A stretch of 64,000 nt of DNA, taken from an uncultured Verrucomicrobiae bacterium. GTDB taxonomy: Bacteria > Verrucomicrobiota > Verrucomicrobiia > Chthoniobacterales > Chthoniobacteraceae. The stretch is taken from contig CAWIKF010000001.1 of the NCBI GenBank assembly GCA_963836755.1, forward strand, positions 103,506-167,505, read 5' to 3'. This document shows positions 39,105 through 48,519 of this stretch, piece by piece. A program made the translations under genes and the position numbers. Numbering within the stretch: position 1 is the first letter of the stretch; each line of letters starts with the position of its first letter. Under the pieces are notes generated by a model. That model worked only from the letters and a program-made list of their open reading frames with translations, ran no database searches and was not told where the DNA came from.

Positions 39105-41109
39105 TTAAGCTTCCGTCAATTGCGGCAGCGATTCGGCCGCTGCAACGACGGCGTCGGCGGTGATGCCGAGCTCTTTCATCACGGTTGCGCCCGGAGCGCT
39201 GAGGCCGAAGCGATCGATGCCGACAACTTTTCCGTCGAGCCCGACGTAGCGATACCAAAGATCGCTGACGCCCGCTTCGATCGCGACGCGGCGGCGGCAA
39301 CTCGATGGCAAAACTTCCTCGCGATAGTCCGGCGATTGCCGATCAAAACGTTCGAAGCACGGCATTGAAACGACGCGCGTCGAGGCGCCAAGCGTCTTCG
39401 CGGCGGCCACGGCGTGCTGCAATTCACTGCCGCAGGAAAGCAAAATTGTCTCGAGCGGCTCGGTTTCTTTCACGGCAACGTAGCCGCCTTTCGCAACGCC
39501 TTCGCGTCGATCCGCGACGGAAATTTCGCTGAGCATCGGCACGACCTGGCGCGTGAGTGCGAGCAAAGTCGGGCCGTCCGTGCGCTGCATCGCCGCGACA
39601 AATGCGCCCGCCGTTTCCTCCGGATCGGCCGGACGAATGACATCGAGATGCGGAATCACGCGCAGGCCGCTCACCGTTTCGACCGGCTGATGCGTCGGGC
39701 CGTCCTCGCCGACGCCGACGGAATCGTGCGTGAAAATGTAAGTGACCGGCAGCCCCGCGAGCGACGCGAGGCGGATCGATGCGCGACAGTAATCGGCGAA
39801 AACCAAAAACGTCGCGCAGCTCGGGCGGAAGATGCAGTCGTAGGCAAAGCCGTTGCAAATCGCGGCCATGCCGTGCTCGCGAATTCCGAAGCGGATGTTG
39901 CGGCCGCTCCAGTTATCCGGCGAAAAATCTTTGTCGGAGTTGATGTAGTTCAACGTCGAGCCGTGCAGATCGGCGCTGCCGGAAATCAGCAGCGGCATCG
40001 CCTCGGCGATCGGCTGCAGCACTTCGCTGCCGGCTTTGCGCGTCGCGAGTTTTGCGTCGGCGGCGAACGGAGGAATTTTTTCCAGCAGATCCGCCGGAAC
40101 ATTTTTTTCGAGACCGGAATCGAGCAGCGCGGCGAGTTCCGGATTCGCTTTGCGCCAGGCGCGATACGTCTCATTCCATTTTTCATAGCCGGCGACAAGC
40201 TGCTGCTTGCGCTCGAGGAAAAATTCGCGCGTTTCTTTTGAGACAAAAAAATGTTCGTCCGCCGGAAGGCCGAGCTCGACGCGATCTTTGTCCACAAATT
40301 TTGCGCCGCCTTCGCCGTGCGCCTTTGCGGTGCCGGCGACTTCGGGAATGCCTTTGCCGATCAGCGTCCGCGCGATGATCACCTGCGGCTTGCCAGTCGC
40401 CGCTTTCGCTTTCTCGATCGCCGCGTGGATCGTCTCGAGATCGTTGCCCTCGATCGTCTGCACTTCCCATTCGATTGCCTCGAAACGCTTCGCGGCGTTT
40501 TCGCTTTGCGTGGCATTCGCCATCGCGTCGAGCGTCACGTCGTTCGAGTCGTAAATGAGGATCAGGTTGTCGAGTTTGAAATGCCCGGCGAACGCCATCG
40601 CTTCCATCGCGACGCCTTCCTGCATGCAGCCGTCGCCGGCGAGGCAGATGATGTGGTTGTCGAAAATTTTGTGCTCGGCCGATATTGAAACGCGCCGCGG
40701 CCATTTTCTGCGAAACAGCGTAGCCGACCGCGTTGCCGACGCCCTGGCCGAGCGGGCCCGTCGTCGCTTCGACGCCGTGCGTTTCAAAAGATTCCGGGTG
40801 GCCAGGCGTGTGGCTGTGCAACTGGCGGAAGCGCTTCACGTTTTCCATCGGCACGTCGAAGCCGGAAAGATGCAGCCATGAATAAAGGAACATCGAGCCG
40901 TGGCCGGCGCTGAGCACGAAGCGGTCGCGGTTGATCCAGCGCGGCTCGTCGGGATTGAAGACCATCGCGTGGCCATAAAGCACCGCGCCGATTTCCGCGC
41001 AGCCGAGCGGAAGCCCGAGATGGCCGGATTGGCACGCATGCACGGCGTCCATGGCGAGCCCGCGCGCTTCGTTTGCGGCGCGGGAGAGAGCTGTCGTGTT
41101 CATTTTCAT
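39105..41109 (-). pseudogene. tkt: Transketolase with one frame break
   Basis: N-terminal part in the frame of ORF 40183..41145 ([16 protein letters not shown]) up to AARFN. The rest is in the frame of ORF 39105..40787 ([22 protein letters not shown] onward). The switch lies within 40674-40687. Confidence 0.9.
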
Positions 41110-41249
41110 AAATGGGGAGCCGAGATTAAAACGCGCCCGCCGCAAGTCAAGACGGAGCGGTTTTGATTTCGCCGCGCGGTTTTTCTATTCTGGAAAAATC
41201 TCCGCGCGAAAAAATCTAAAAATGCGAATCCCAAAAATCCTGAATCCCG

Positions 41250-42089
41250 ATGCTCGTCTGGCGAAAACTTAGCTCCGCAAAATGGGAGGACGCGTGGATG
41301 GAACGGCTTAGCTGCATCGATCCGCAGCGCATCGTCATCAGCAATTTTGCCGGCGCGAAAACGATCCGCATCGAGGCTTACGACATTTCGCCGCGCGACG
41401 CGAAACAGCTTGTGAAGCACTTTGGCGGGCAGGTGAGGGAAATGAAGCGCCGCGACTTTGTCGCAGAGCACGCCGCGCTGCGGCCGCCGTTGCGCATCCG
41501 CGACAAACTCCTCATCACCCGCACGCACGAGGAAAAAGAAAAACTTCGCGCGCAATTTCCGCGGCGGCACGTGCTCGTCATTCCCGCGGCGATGGCATTC
41601 GGCACGGGCGAACATGCGACGACTGCGACTTGTTTGCGGTGGCTGTGCAAACTGGCTGCGGAGTTTTCCGCGCCATGGGATCTGCTCGATCTCGGCACCG
41701 GAAGCGGCATTCTCGCGCTGGCGGCAAAAATGCTCGGCGCGCGCCGCGTCGATGCAGGCGACTTTGATCCCGACTGCATCCGCATCGCGCGCGACAACTT
41801 TGACGCCAACGGATCGGCAGAAATCCATCTCCGCCAGCTCGACGTCACGAAATGGAAGCCGACGCGGACGTGGGATTTGGTCAGCGCAAATCTTTTCAGC
41901 AGCGTCCTGATCCGCGCCGCGCCGCAAATTTCGCGGGCGCTCAAACCGCGCGGCGCATTTCTTTTTTCCGGCATTCTCCGCGAGCAGGAGCGTGATTGCG
42001 TGCGAGCGTTTGAACGCGAAAAAATGCACGTCGAGCAAATCATTCGCAAAGGAAAATGGGTGACCGGCCTCGCGCGGCGCCGGTCCTGA
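41250..42089 (+). CDS. prmA: Ribosomal protein L11 methyltransferase
   Basis: AFGTGEHATT and LDLGTGSGILALAA SAM motif. Confidence 0.88.
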   Translation: MLVWRKLSSAKWEDAWMERLSCIDPQRIVISNFAGAKTIRIEAYDISPRDAKQLVKHFGGQVREMKRRDFVAEHAALRPPLRIRDKLLITRTHEEKEKLRAQFPRRHVLVIPAAMAFGTGEHATTATCLRWLCKLAAEFSAPWDLLDLGTGSGILALAAKMLGARRVDAGDFDPDCIRIARDNFDANGSAEIHLRQLDVTKWKPTRTWDLVSANLFSSVLIRAAPQISRALKPRGAFLFSGILREQERDCVRAFEREKMHVEQIIRKGKWVTGLARRRS

Positions 42090-42142
42090 AATTCGTTTGA
42101 CGTGCCGCGCGGCGTGCCGCTAACGTGCCTCCCCTTTTCGCC

Positions 42143-43306
42143 ATGCCAGAAGAACTCAGCTACGTCATCCTCACGCCATATTCGATGCGCAAATCGCGCA
42201 CCGGCGGGATCATCGCCCGGCTCATCTCACGCACCGGACTCGATCTCGTGCGCGCGCGGATGTTCGCGCCGAGCAAGGAATTGACGGAGAAATACGCGGA
42301 GACGATCGTGACCGACCCGGAGCCGCGTCATCGCAAAACGCAGGAGCAGGTGCGCGATTACGTTTTGCAGAATTTTCAGCCCGACGCTTCCGGCCAGCGG
42401 CCGCGCGTTTTGTTCCTCGTCTTCCGCGGCGAAAATGCGATCGCGCGCATCCGCAACGTCGTCGGCCACATCGTCAATGAACGGACGAGCGGCGAGACGA
42501 TTCGCGACACGTTCGGCGATTACGTCACGAACAAAAACGGCGACGTCACGTATTTTGAACCGGCCGTGCTCGCGCCGCCCGATGCGCAATCGGCCGAGCG
42601 GAATATGAAACTTTGGGCCGAATATTCCGACCGTGACGGCGGCCTGCTCGACGACGTGGTGCAGCACTCGACCGGCGCCAACGTCCAGAAAACGCTCGTG
42701 CTCATCAAGCCGGACAATTTCCGCTTTCCAAACGCACGGCCCGGCGGCGTCATCGATCTTTTTTCACGCACCGGCCTTTATATTATTGGCTTCAAAGTCC
42801 ACCGCATGAGCGTCGCGCAGGCCGAGGAATTTTACCGGCCCGTGCTCGACGTCCTGATGGAAAAACTCAAGGAGCCGACCGGCGTGCGCGCGCGACTCTC
42901 GATCGAAAACGAAATCGGACTCCCGCTCACCGAGGAGGTCCAGCGCAAGCTCGGCGAATTGCTCGGCCCGATCGCCGGGCGTCAAAACTGGGAGTCAATC
43001 GTGCAGTTCATGGCGGGGTTGAAACCGAGCGAATGCCCCGCCGATCGCCGCAACGATCCGGGAACGGAAAAATGCATTGCGCTCGTTTATCAAGGCGTTG
43101 ATGCCGTGCGAAAAATCCGCGAGGTTCTCGGCCCGACCGATCCTTCCAAGGCGCCTCCCGGCTCGATTCGCAAGGAATTTGGCCAGACGATCATGGTCAA
43201 TGCCGCGCACGCATCCGATTCCGCCGAGAATGCGGAGCGCGAGATGAAGATCGTGCAGATCGACGAGAATAATCTGAAGCCGTTGATCGAAGTTCAATTT
43301 GCGTAA
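42143..43306 (+). CDS. Tandem nucleoside-diphosphate-kinase-like protein
   Basis: About 387 aa. Second half carries TLVLIKPD...GPTDP...GSIRKEFG...NAAHASDS (NDK catalytic His context). First half is NDK-like but lacks the His. Confidence 0.7.
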   Translation: MPEELSYVILTPYSMRKSRTGGIIARLISRTGLDLVRARMFAPSKELTEKYAETIVTDPEPRHRKTQEQVRDYVLQNFQPDASGQRPRVLFLVFRGENAIARIRNVVGHIVNERTSGETIRDTFGDYVTNKNGDVTYFEPAVLAPPDAQSAERNMKLWAEYSDRDGGLLDDVVQHSTGANVQKTLVLIKPDNFRFPNARPGGVIDLFSRTGLYIIGFKVHRMSVAQAEEFYRPVLDVLMEKLKEPTGVRARLSIENEIGLPLTEEVQRKLGELLGPIAGRQNWESIVQFMAGLKPSECPADRRNDPGTEKCIALVYQGVDAVRKIREVLGPTDPSKAPPGSIRKEFGQTIMVNAAHASDSAENAEREMKIVQIDENNLKPLIEVQFA

Positions 43307-43341
43307 ATCAAAAATCGTTAAAACTTAAAAATCCAAATCTC

Positions 43342-44505
43342 ATGACCATTTCATCCCGCGCCAGCAGCCTCACCCCATCGCTCACTCTTTCCATCGACAG
43401 CAAAGCGAAAGCCATGAAAGCCGAAGGAATCGACGTGTGCGGTTTCGCCGCCGGCGAGCCCGATTTTGACACGCCCGAGCACATCAAAACCGCGTGCATC
43501 GACGCGATCAAATCCGGTTTTACAAAATACACGCCGAGCTCCGGCATGCCGGAATTGCGTGCGGCCATCGCGGAAAAATTTCTCAAGGACAACCAGCTCG
43601 AATACAAATCGCACCAGATCATCGTTAGCAACGGCGCGAAGCAATCGTGCTTCAACGCAATCGCGGCGACGTGCGAACCGGGCGACGAAGTTTTGATCCC
43701 GACGCCGTATTGGCTGAGCTATCCGGAGATGGTGCGGCTCGCCGGCGCGGAGCCGGTGTTCGTCCAGACGGCCCAGGAAAACGGCTGGAAAATGACCGCA
43801 GAGGATTTTGAAAACGCGATGACGCCGCGCACAAAAATGGTGATCATCAATTCGCCCGGCAATCCGACCGGCTCTGTTTACACGCGCGAGGAACTTTCCA
43901 AGATCGCCGAGGTCGCGATTGAGGAGGACATTCTCATTCTCTCGGACGAAATTTACGAAAAGTTGACTTACGACGACGCGGAGCATGTCAGCATCGCGTC
44001 GCTCTCGCCGGAAGCTCACGACCTGACAATCACCGTGAACGGCTTCAGCAAAGCCTACGCGATGACCGGCTGGCGTCTCGGCTATCTCGGCGCGCCCGAA
44101 CCAATCGCGAAAGCGATCGATTCCATCCAAAGCCACAGCACCTCGAATCCATGTTCGTTCGCGCAAAAAGGCGGCCTCGCCGCGCTCCGTGGCGATCAGC
44201 AGGCGGTCTCAGACATGCGCGATGAGTTCAACCTTCGCCGCGATTATATGTTTGATCGGCTTTCAAAAATGAATGGCATCAGCGCGGTCAAACCGCTCGG
44301 CGCATTCTACATTCTCGCGAACATCAGCCGCCTCTCGCTCACGTCGCAAAATTTCGCCGACCGTTTGCTCAGCAAGGCAAACGTCGCCGTCGTCCCCGGC
44401 ATTGCTTTTGGCGACGACCGGACGATCCGTTTCAGCTACGCGACGAGCATCGATATCATCAAAACCGGTCTCGACCGGTTCGAAGATTTCTGCCGGACGC
44501 TGTAA
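43342..44505 (+). CDS. Class I PLP-dependent aminotransferase (aspartate aminotransferase-like)
   Basis: 387 aa. NGFSKAYAMTGWRLGY Schiff-base lysine motif and INSPGNPTG. Confidence 0.9.
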   Translation: MTISSRASSLTPSLTLSIDSKAKAMKAEGIDVCGFAAGEPDFDTPEHIKTACIDAIKSGFTKYTPSSGMPELRAAIAEKFLKDNQLEYKSHQIIVSNGAKQSCFNAIAATCEPGDEVLIPTPYWLSYPEMVRLAGAEPVFVQTAQENGWKMTAEDFENAMTPRTKMVIINSPGNPTGSVYTREELSKIAEVAIEEDILILSDEIYEKLTYDDAEHVSIASLSPEAHDLTITVNGFSKAYAMTGWRLGYLGAPEPIAKAIDSIQSHSTSNPCSFAQKGGLAALRGDQQAVSDMRDEFNLRRDYMFDRLSKMNGISAVKPLGAFYILANISRLSLTSQNFADRLLSKANVAVVPGIAFGDDRTIRFSYATSIDIIKTGLDRFEDFCRTL

Positions 44506-44509
44506 AAGT

Positions 44510-44659
44510 TCAGCGCAAAATCGCCAGCCCAAGCAGGCCGGTGATGATCAAATAAATCGCGACGATGTAGTTGAGCAGCTTTGGCGCGATCAGAATCAAA
44601 ATTCCGGCGATCAGCGCCACAAGCGGCCCGAAGTGAACGACATGCAGGTGCATGAACAT
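44510..44659 (-). CDS. Small membrane protein, DUF3096-like
   Basis: Hand-translated 49-aa ORF below the track cut-off: MFMHLHVVHFGPLVALIAGILILIAPKLLNYIVAIYLIITGLLGLAILR. Two hydrophobic helices. The LLNYIVAIYLI core resembles DUF3096 from memory. Confidence 0.55.
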   Translation of the reverse strand: MFMHLHVVHFGPLVALIAGILILIAPKLLNYIVAIYLIITGLLGLAILR

Positions 44660-44726
44660 CGTTCGTGAATCGGCTGCTTCGCGAGCGCATCGCGCGCGGA
44701 ATTTGCGAGCTTTTAACGCATCGTTA

Positions 44727-44817
44727 AATGTTCACGGCGTAAACATTGATGCCGATGAATGTGCATATTTTCTTGTTTTGTGAACATATCCGGCGTGATC
44801 TGTTCATGACGTGAACA
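44727..44817. promoter_or_regulatory. Cluster of TGTTCA/TGAACA inverted-repeat half-sites upstream of and overlapping the fic start
   Basis: AATGTTCAC-GGC-GTAAACATT at 44727-44747 (one mismatch). GTGAACA at 44780-44786. Perfect TGTTCA-TGACG-TGAACA at 44801-44817 covering the GTG start at 44811. Confidence 0.5.
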
Positions 44818-45917
44818 CGTTCAATCGCACCAAACCTTACAACGATCTGCCATTGCTGCCGCCGCGCGGCACGCTGGAAACAGTGCCCGTGCTGAAGGCG
44901 GCGACGCGCGCGCATCGCCGGCTGGCCGAGCTGAAAGGCCGCACGAACACCGTGCCGAACCCGACGATTTTGCTGAACACAATCGCCCTGCAGGAAGCAA
45001 AGGCGAGCTCGGAAATCGAGAACATTTTCACGACGAACGACGAACTTTACCGCGGCATGAGCATGGAGGCGCTGAGCGCGAGCCCGCACGCGAAGGAAGT
45101 TTTGCATTACAACGAAGCGCTGTGGCAGGGCGCGGAAACGCTGCGCAAAAGCGAAGTTTTTTCCACGAACCTCGCGGTTAAAGTTGTCAACACCATCAAG
45201 GAAAACGACGCGGGAATTCGGAATTTGCCCGGCACGCAGTTGATCAATCCGAACACGAAGGAGGTCATCTACACGCCGCCCGACGGCGAAAAGCGCATCC
45301 GCAATTTGCTGCACAATTTCGAGAAATTTGCGAACCAGGGCGGCGACGATCTGGACGCGCTCGTGAAGATGGCGATCCTCCATTATCAGTTCGAGGCAAT
45401 TCATCCGTTCCACGACGGGAATGGCCGCACGGGCCGGATCCTGCTGATTCTTTACCTGTTGCACGAAAAGTTGCTCGACCAGCCGATCCTGTTTTTGAGC
45501 CGTTACATCATTGAAAACAAAACACGTTACTATCGGTTGTTGCGCAGTGTGACGGAGGAGGGCGCGTGGGAGCAATGGATTCTGTATCTCCTGCACGCCG
45601 TGGAAATGACGGCGCATGAAACGTGCGAAAAAATCAACGCGATCGCCGAGCTGCTGGTCGCGATGATCGAGGAAGCGCGCGTCAAACTGCCGAAGCGAAT
45701 TTTTTCCAAGGAATTAATCGAGCAGCTTTTCGTGCAGCCGTATTGCAAAATCAAATTCCTCGAGGAAGCCGGCATCGCGCGGCGCGTGACAGCGTCACGC
45801 TACTTGCACGAGCTGGAAATGGCGAAGCTGGTCCGCGTGCAAAAAGTGGGCACGGAAATGCTTTTCATCAATTTCCGGCTCGTCGATCTGCTCGGCGGCG
45901 AGTCGCGTAAACGTTAA
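44811..45917 (+). CDS. Fic/DOC family protein (Fido domain, probable AMP-transferase) with internal inhibitory helix
   Basis: 368 aa with Fic motif HPFHDGNGRTGR. N-terminal SSEIEN matches the (S/T)xxxE(G/N) auto-inhibition motif. C-terminal wHTH-like tail. Confidence 0.9.
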   Translation: MNTFNRTKPYNDLPLLPPRGTLETVPVLKAATRAHRRLAELKGRTNTVPNPTILLNTIALQEAKASSEIENIFTTNDELYRGMSMEALSASPHAKEVLHYNEALWQGAETLRKSEVFSTNLAVKVVNTIKENDAGIRNLPGTQLINPNTKEVIYTPPDGEKRIRNLLHNFEKFANQGGDDLDALVKMAILHYQFEAIHPFHDGNGRTGRILLILYLLHEKLLDQPILFLSRYIIENKTRYYRLLRSVTEEGAWEQWILYLLHAVEMTAHETCEKINAIAELLVAMIEEARVKLPKRIFSKELIEQLFVQPYCKIKFLEEAGIARRVTASRYLHELEMAKLVRVQKVGTEMLFINFRLVDLLGGESRKR

Positions 45918-45924
45918 CGCGCGT

Positions 45925-47301
45925 TTAAATATGAATCGCGCGACCGAAGGCGGCTTCGGTCGCTTCCTTCACCGCTTCGCTCAGCGTCGGGTGCGCATGG
46001 ATCGTCGCCTCGATCTCCTCGTGCGTCGCCTCGAGCGTGATCGCAAGGCCGAGCTCCGCGATCAGCTCCGTCGCTTCCGCGCCAATGATGTGCGCGCCAA
46101 TGATTTCACCGTGCGGCTCGCCAATGAGCAGTTTCACGAAACCTTCGCTCTCGCCCACTGCCAGGGCTTTGCCGCTGGCCTGAAATGGGAATTTGCCGAC
46201 TTTGAATTTGAGCCCTTTTTCTTTCGCCGCGCGTTCGGTGAGACCGACGCTCGCGACTTGCGGCTGGCAATAGGTGCAGCCGGGAAACGTGGTTACTTTG
46301 CGCGGAGTTCCTTTGTTAAACATTCCGTCAACGGCTTGCGTCGCCTCGTAACTCGCAACGTGCGCGAGCCACGGCGGTCCGATGATGTCGCCCGCGGCGT
46401 AAACGCCGGGCACGCTCGTCTCGTATTTGTCGTCGGTTTTGATGTAGCCGCGCTCAGTCAAATCAAGTTTGACGCCACCGGGCAGCAGCGGCGCAACACC
46501 GATTGCCACAAGCGCGACGTCGGCTTCGATGATTTCGGATGTTTTGCCCTCGACGGAGATTTTGACGCCATTTTCCGTGACCTCGGTCTTCGTTGTTTTC
46601 GTGCTGGTGAAAATTTTGATGCCGGCTTTTGTCAGCGATTTTTCCAGCAACACGCTTACTTCCGTGTCTTCGACGGGAAGAATGTTCGGCATCATTTCCA
46701 CGACGGTGACTTCCGTTCCGAATGCGTTGTAAAAATACGCGAACTCGATGCCGATCGCGCCGGCGCCGATGATGACCAACGACTTCGGCTGTGGATCGAG
46801 CACCATCGCTTCGCGGCTGCCGATGACGGTCTTGCCGTTGAAATCCAAGCCCGGCAATTGCCGCGTGACGACGCCGGTTGAGACCAAAATCTTCGGCGCG
46901 GTGTGCGTTTCTTCCTTGCCGTCCTTGCTTTTCACCGTGACGGAACCGGCCTTTGGAATCGACGCTTCGCCGCGCAGGTAGTCGATTTTGTTTTTCTTGA
47001 AAAGGAATTCGATGCCGCCGGCGAGCTTGTCGGCGACGTTGCGGCTGCGCTTGATGACCTTGCTCCAGTCGAAGCTCAGGTTGTCGAATTTGAAGCCGAA
47101 ATCTTCGGCGCGGTGGCTCATTAGATGAAAAAGCTCCGCATTGCGCAGCAGCGATTTCGTCGGGATGCAGCCCCAGTTCAGGCAGGTGCCGCCGGCGCGT
47201 TCTTTTTCCACGCAGGCCACTTTCTTTCCGAGCTGCGCGGCGTGAATCGCGCCGACATATCCCGCTGGGCCGCCGCCAATGACAATGAGGTCGTAATTCA
47301 T
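45925..47301 (-). CDS. lpdA: Dihydrolipoyl dehydrogenase
   Basis: GGGPAGY FAD motif, redox-active GGTCLNWGCIPTK and a C-terminal HAHPTLSE interface motif. Confidence 0.95.
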   Translation of the reverse strand: MNYDLIVIGGGPAGYVGAIHAAQLGKKVACVEKERAGGTCLNWGCIPTKSLLRNAELFHLMSHRAEDFGFKFDNLSFDWSKVIKRSRNVADKLAGGIEFLFKKNKIDYLRGEASIPKAGSVTVKSKDGKEETHTAPKILVSTGVVTRQLPGLDFNGKTVIGSREAMVLDPQPKSLVIIGAGAIGIEFAYFYNAFGTEVTVVEMMPNILPVEDTEVSVLLEKSLTKAGIKIFTSTKTTKTEVTENGVKISVEGKTSEIIEADVALVAIGVAPLLPGGVKLDLTERGYIKTDDKYETSVPGVYAAGDIIGPPWLAHVASYEATQAVDGMFNKGTPRKVTTFPGCTYCQPQVASVGLTERAAKEKGLKFKVGKFPFQASGKALAVGESEGFVKLLIGEPHGEIIGAHIIGAEATELIAELGLAITLEATHEEIEATIHAHPTLSEAVKEATEAAFGRAIHI

Positions 47302-47416
47302 AGGAACAACAAAGATGCGTGCGGCGGCGGAGCGTCGTCAAAGGATTTGTCGCGACGAAAGCGGAGATCGCCGCGACGGAGCTCGTGAACTTTTACTGCA
47401 AACGCGATTCGCGTTC

Positions 47417-47881
47417 TTACGTCAAATCGAGCGAGTCGAGCAGCGCGCCATTGATGCGGCCGGTCGGGGCGAGGCCGTGATCGCGTTGATAGGAAGCGAT
47501 CGCTCCGCGCGTGCCTGGCCCGATGACGCCATCGACCGCGCCATAGTAATATCCTTCGTGGCGCAGACGGCGCTGCACGTCGACGACGACGTTTGCCCCG
47601 ACGACTGTGGCTTGATAGACGGGCCGTGAATAATAAACCGGCTCGTCGTAAAAATATGGATTGTAGGAGTAGCCGCCGTTGATGAAGACGACGCTGTCGT
47701 GGCGATGATAGCGATTCCACCAATCGCGGTCGTGGTGATCGTGGTGGTCGCTGTCATGATGATCGTCGTGGTGATCATCGTGGTGGCTGTCGTGATGATC
47801 GTGGTGATCGTAGGCGTTTGCCGAGCCGATGAAAGCGAGGCTGGCTGCGGCAGCGAGTGACGGGAGATTAAAAAGTTTCAT
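47417..47881 (-). CDS. Secreted His/Asp-rich protein with C-terminal peptidoglycan-binding (PG_binding_1-like) domain
   Basis: 154 aa from ATG 47881 with a signal peptide. Tract YDHHDHHDSHHDDHHDDHHDSDHHDHHD (nt ~47726-47812). C-terminal LRHEGYYYGAVDGVIGPGTRGAIASYQRDHGL. Confidence 0.75.
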   Translation of the reverse strand: MKLFNLPSLAAAASLAFIGSANAYDHHDHHDSHHDDHHDDHHDSDHHDHHDRDWWNRYHRHDSVVFINGGYSYNPYFYDEPVYYSRPVYQATVVGANVVVDVQRRLRHEGYYYGAVDGVIGPGTRGAIASYQRDHGLAPTGRINGALLDSLDLT

Positions 47882-47931
47882 TGGTTTCTTTTCGACGGGA
47901 CATTGTCCTTCGTATTCAAAATCGGATGGCG

Positions 47932-48489
47932 TCAATTTTTTGCGTGGTCGCTCCACTCAGCCGCGACGCTCCGTTTTTGCTGCGAATGATCGTGGTAAAA
48001 AAGACGCCGGTTCTTGCAGCCGTATTCGTGGAGCAGCTTCGTCACTTTTACGTCAAAGCAGCAATACTCCGCGATCTCGAGCAGACGGCCTTCGCGGAAC
48101 CATTTGATCGCGTCGATTCCGCCTGCGGTTTTTCCCGTGCCGAGCGTCGCCTGCGCGAGCGCGTTGAGCGCGACGCGATGCCCGAGGCGCGGCTCGAGAT
48201 CAGCGAGGATATCGAAACTGCAAAGCTGGTGCTTCAAGTCGAGCACCGTGTAACCCATCAGCACCTCGTAATCGAAATTGACCGTGTTGAAACCGATGAC
48301 CAAATCCGCGCGCAAGAGCTGCTCGATCAAATCATCGACGCGCTTTTCCGGGAACACCCGATATTCGCCGGTGCGCGTGCTGTAAGTGACGCCGACGGAC
48401 ATTCCCATGTCGCGTTTTTTTTGCCAGCCGCCCGCGTCATTAGCCGTCCGTTGCGTTTCGAGATCAAAGTAGACGATGTCGCGAGCCAT
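47932..48489 (-). CDS. RNase H-fold 3'-5' exonuclease-like protein
   Basis: 185 aa. Exo motifs YFDLET, GFNTVNFDY and YCCFDV. Confidence 0.65.
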   Translation of the reverse strand: MARDIVYFDLETQRTANDAGGWQKKRDMGMSVGVTYSTRTGEYRVFPEKRVDDLIEQLLRADLVIGFNTVNFDYEVLMGYTVLDLKHQLCSFDILADLEPRLGHRVALNALAQATLGTGKTAGGIDAIKWFREGRLLEIAEYCCFDVKVTKLLHEYGCKNRRLFYHDHSQQKRSVAAEWSDHAKN

Positions 48490-48519
48490 GCAGCCTTGTA
48501 AAAAAGTGCGTGCGCGATT

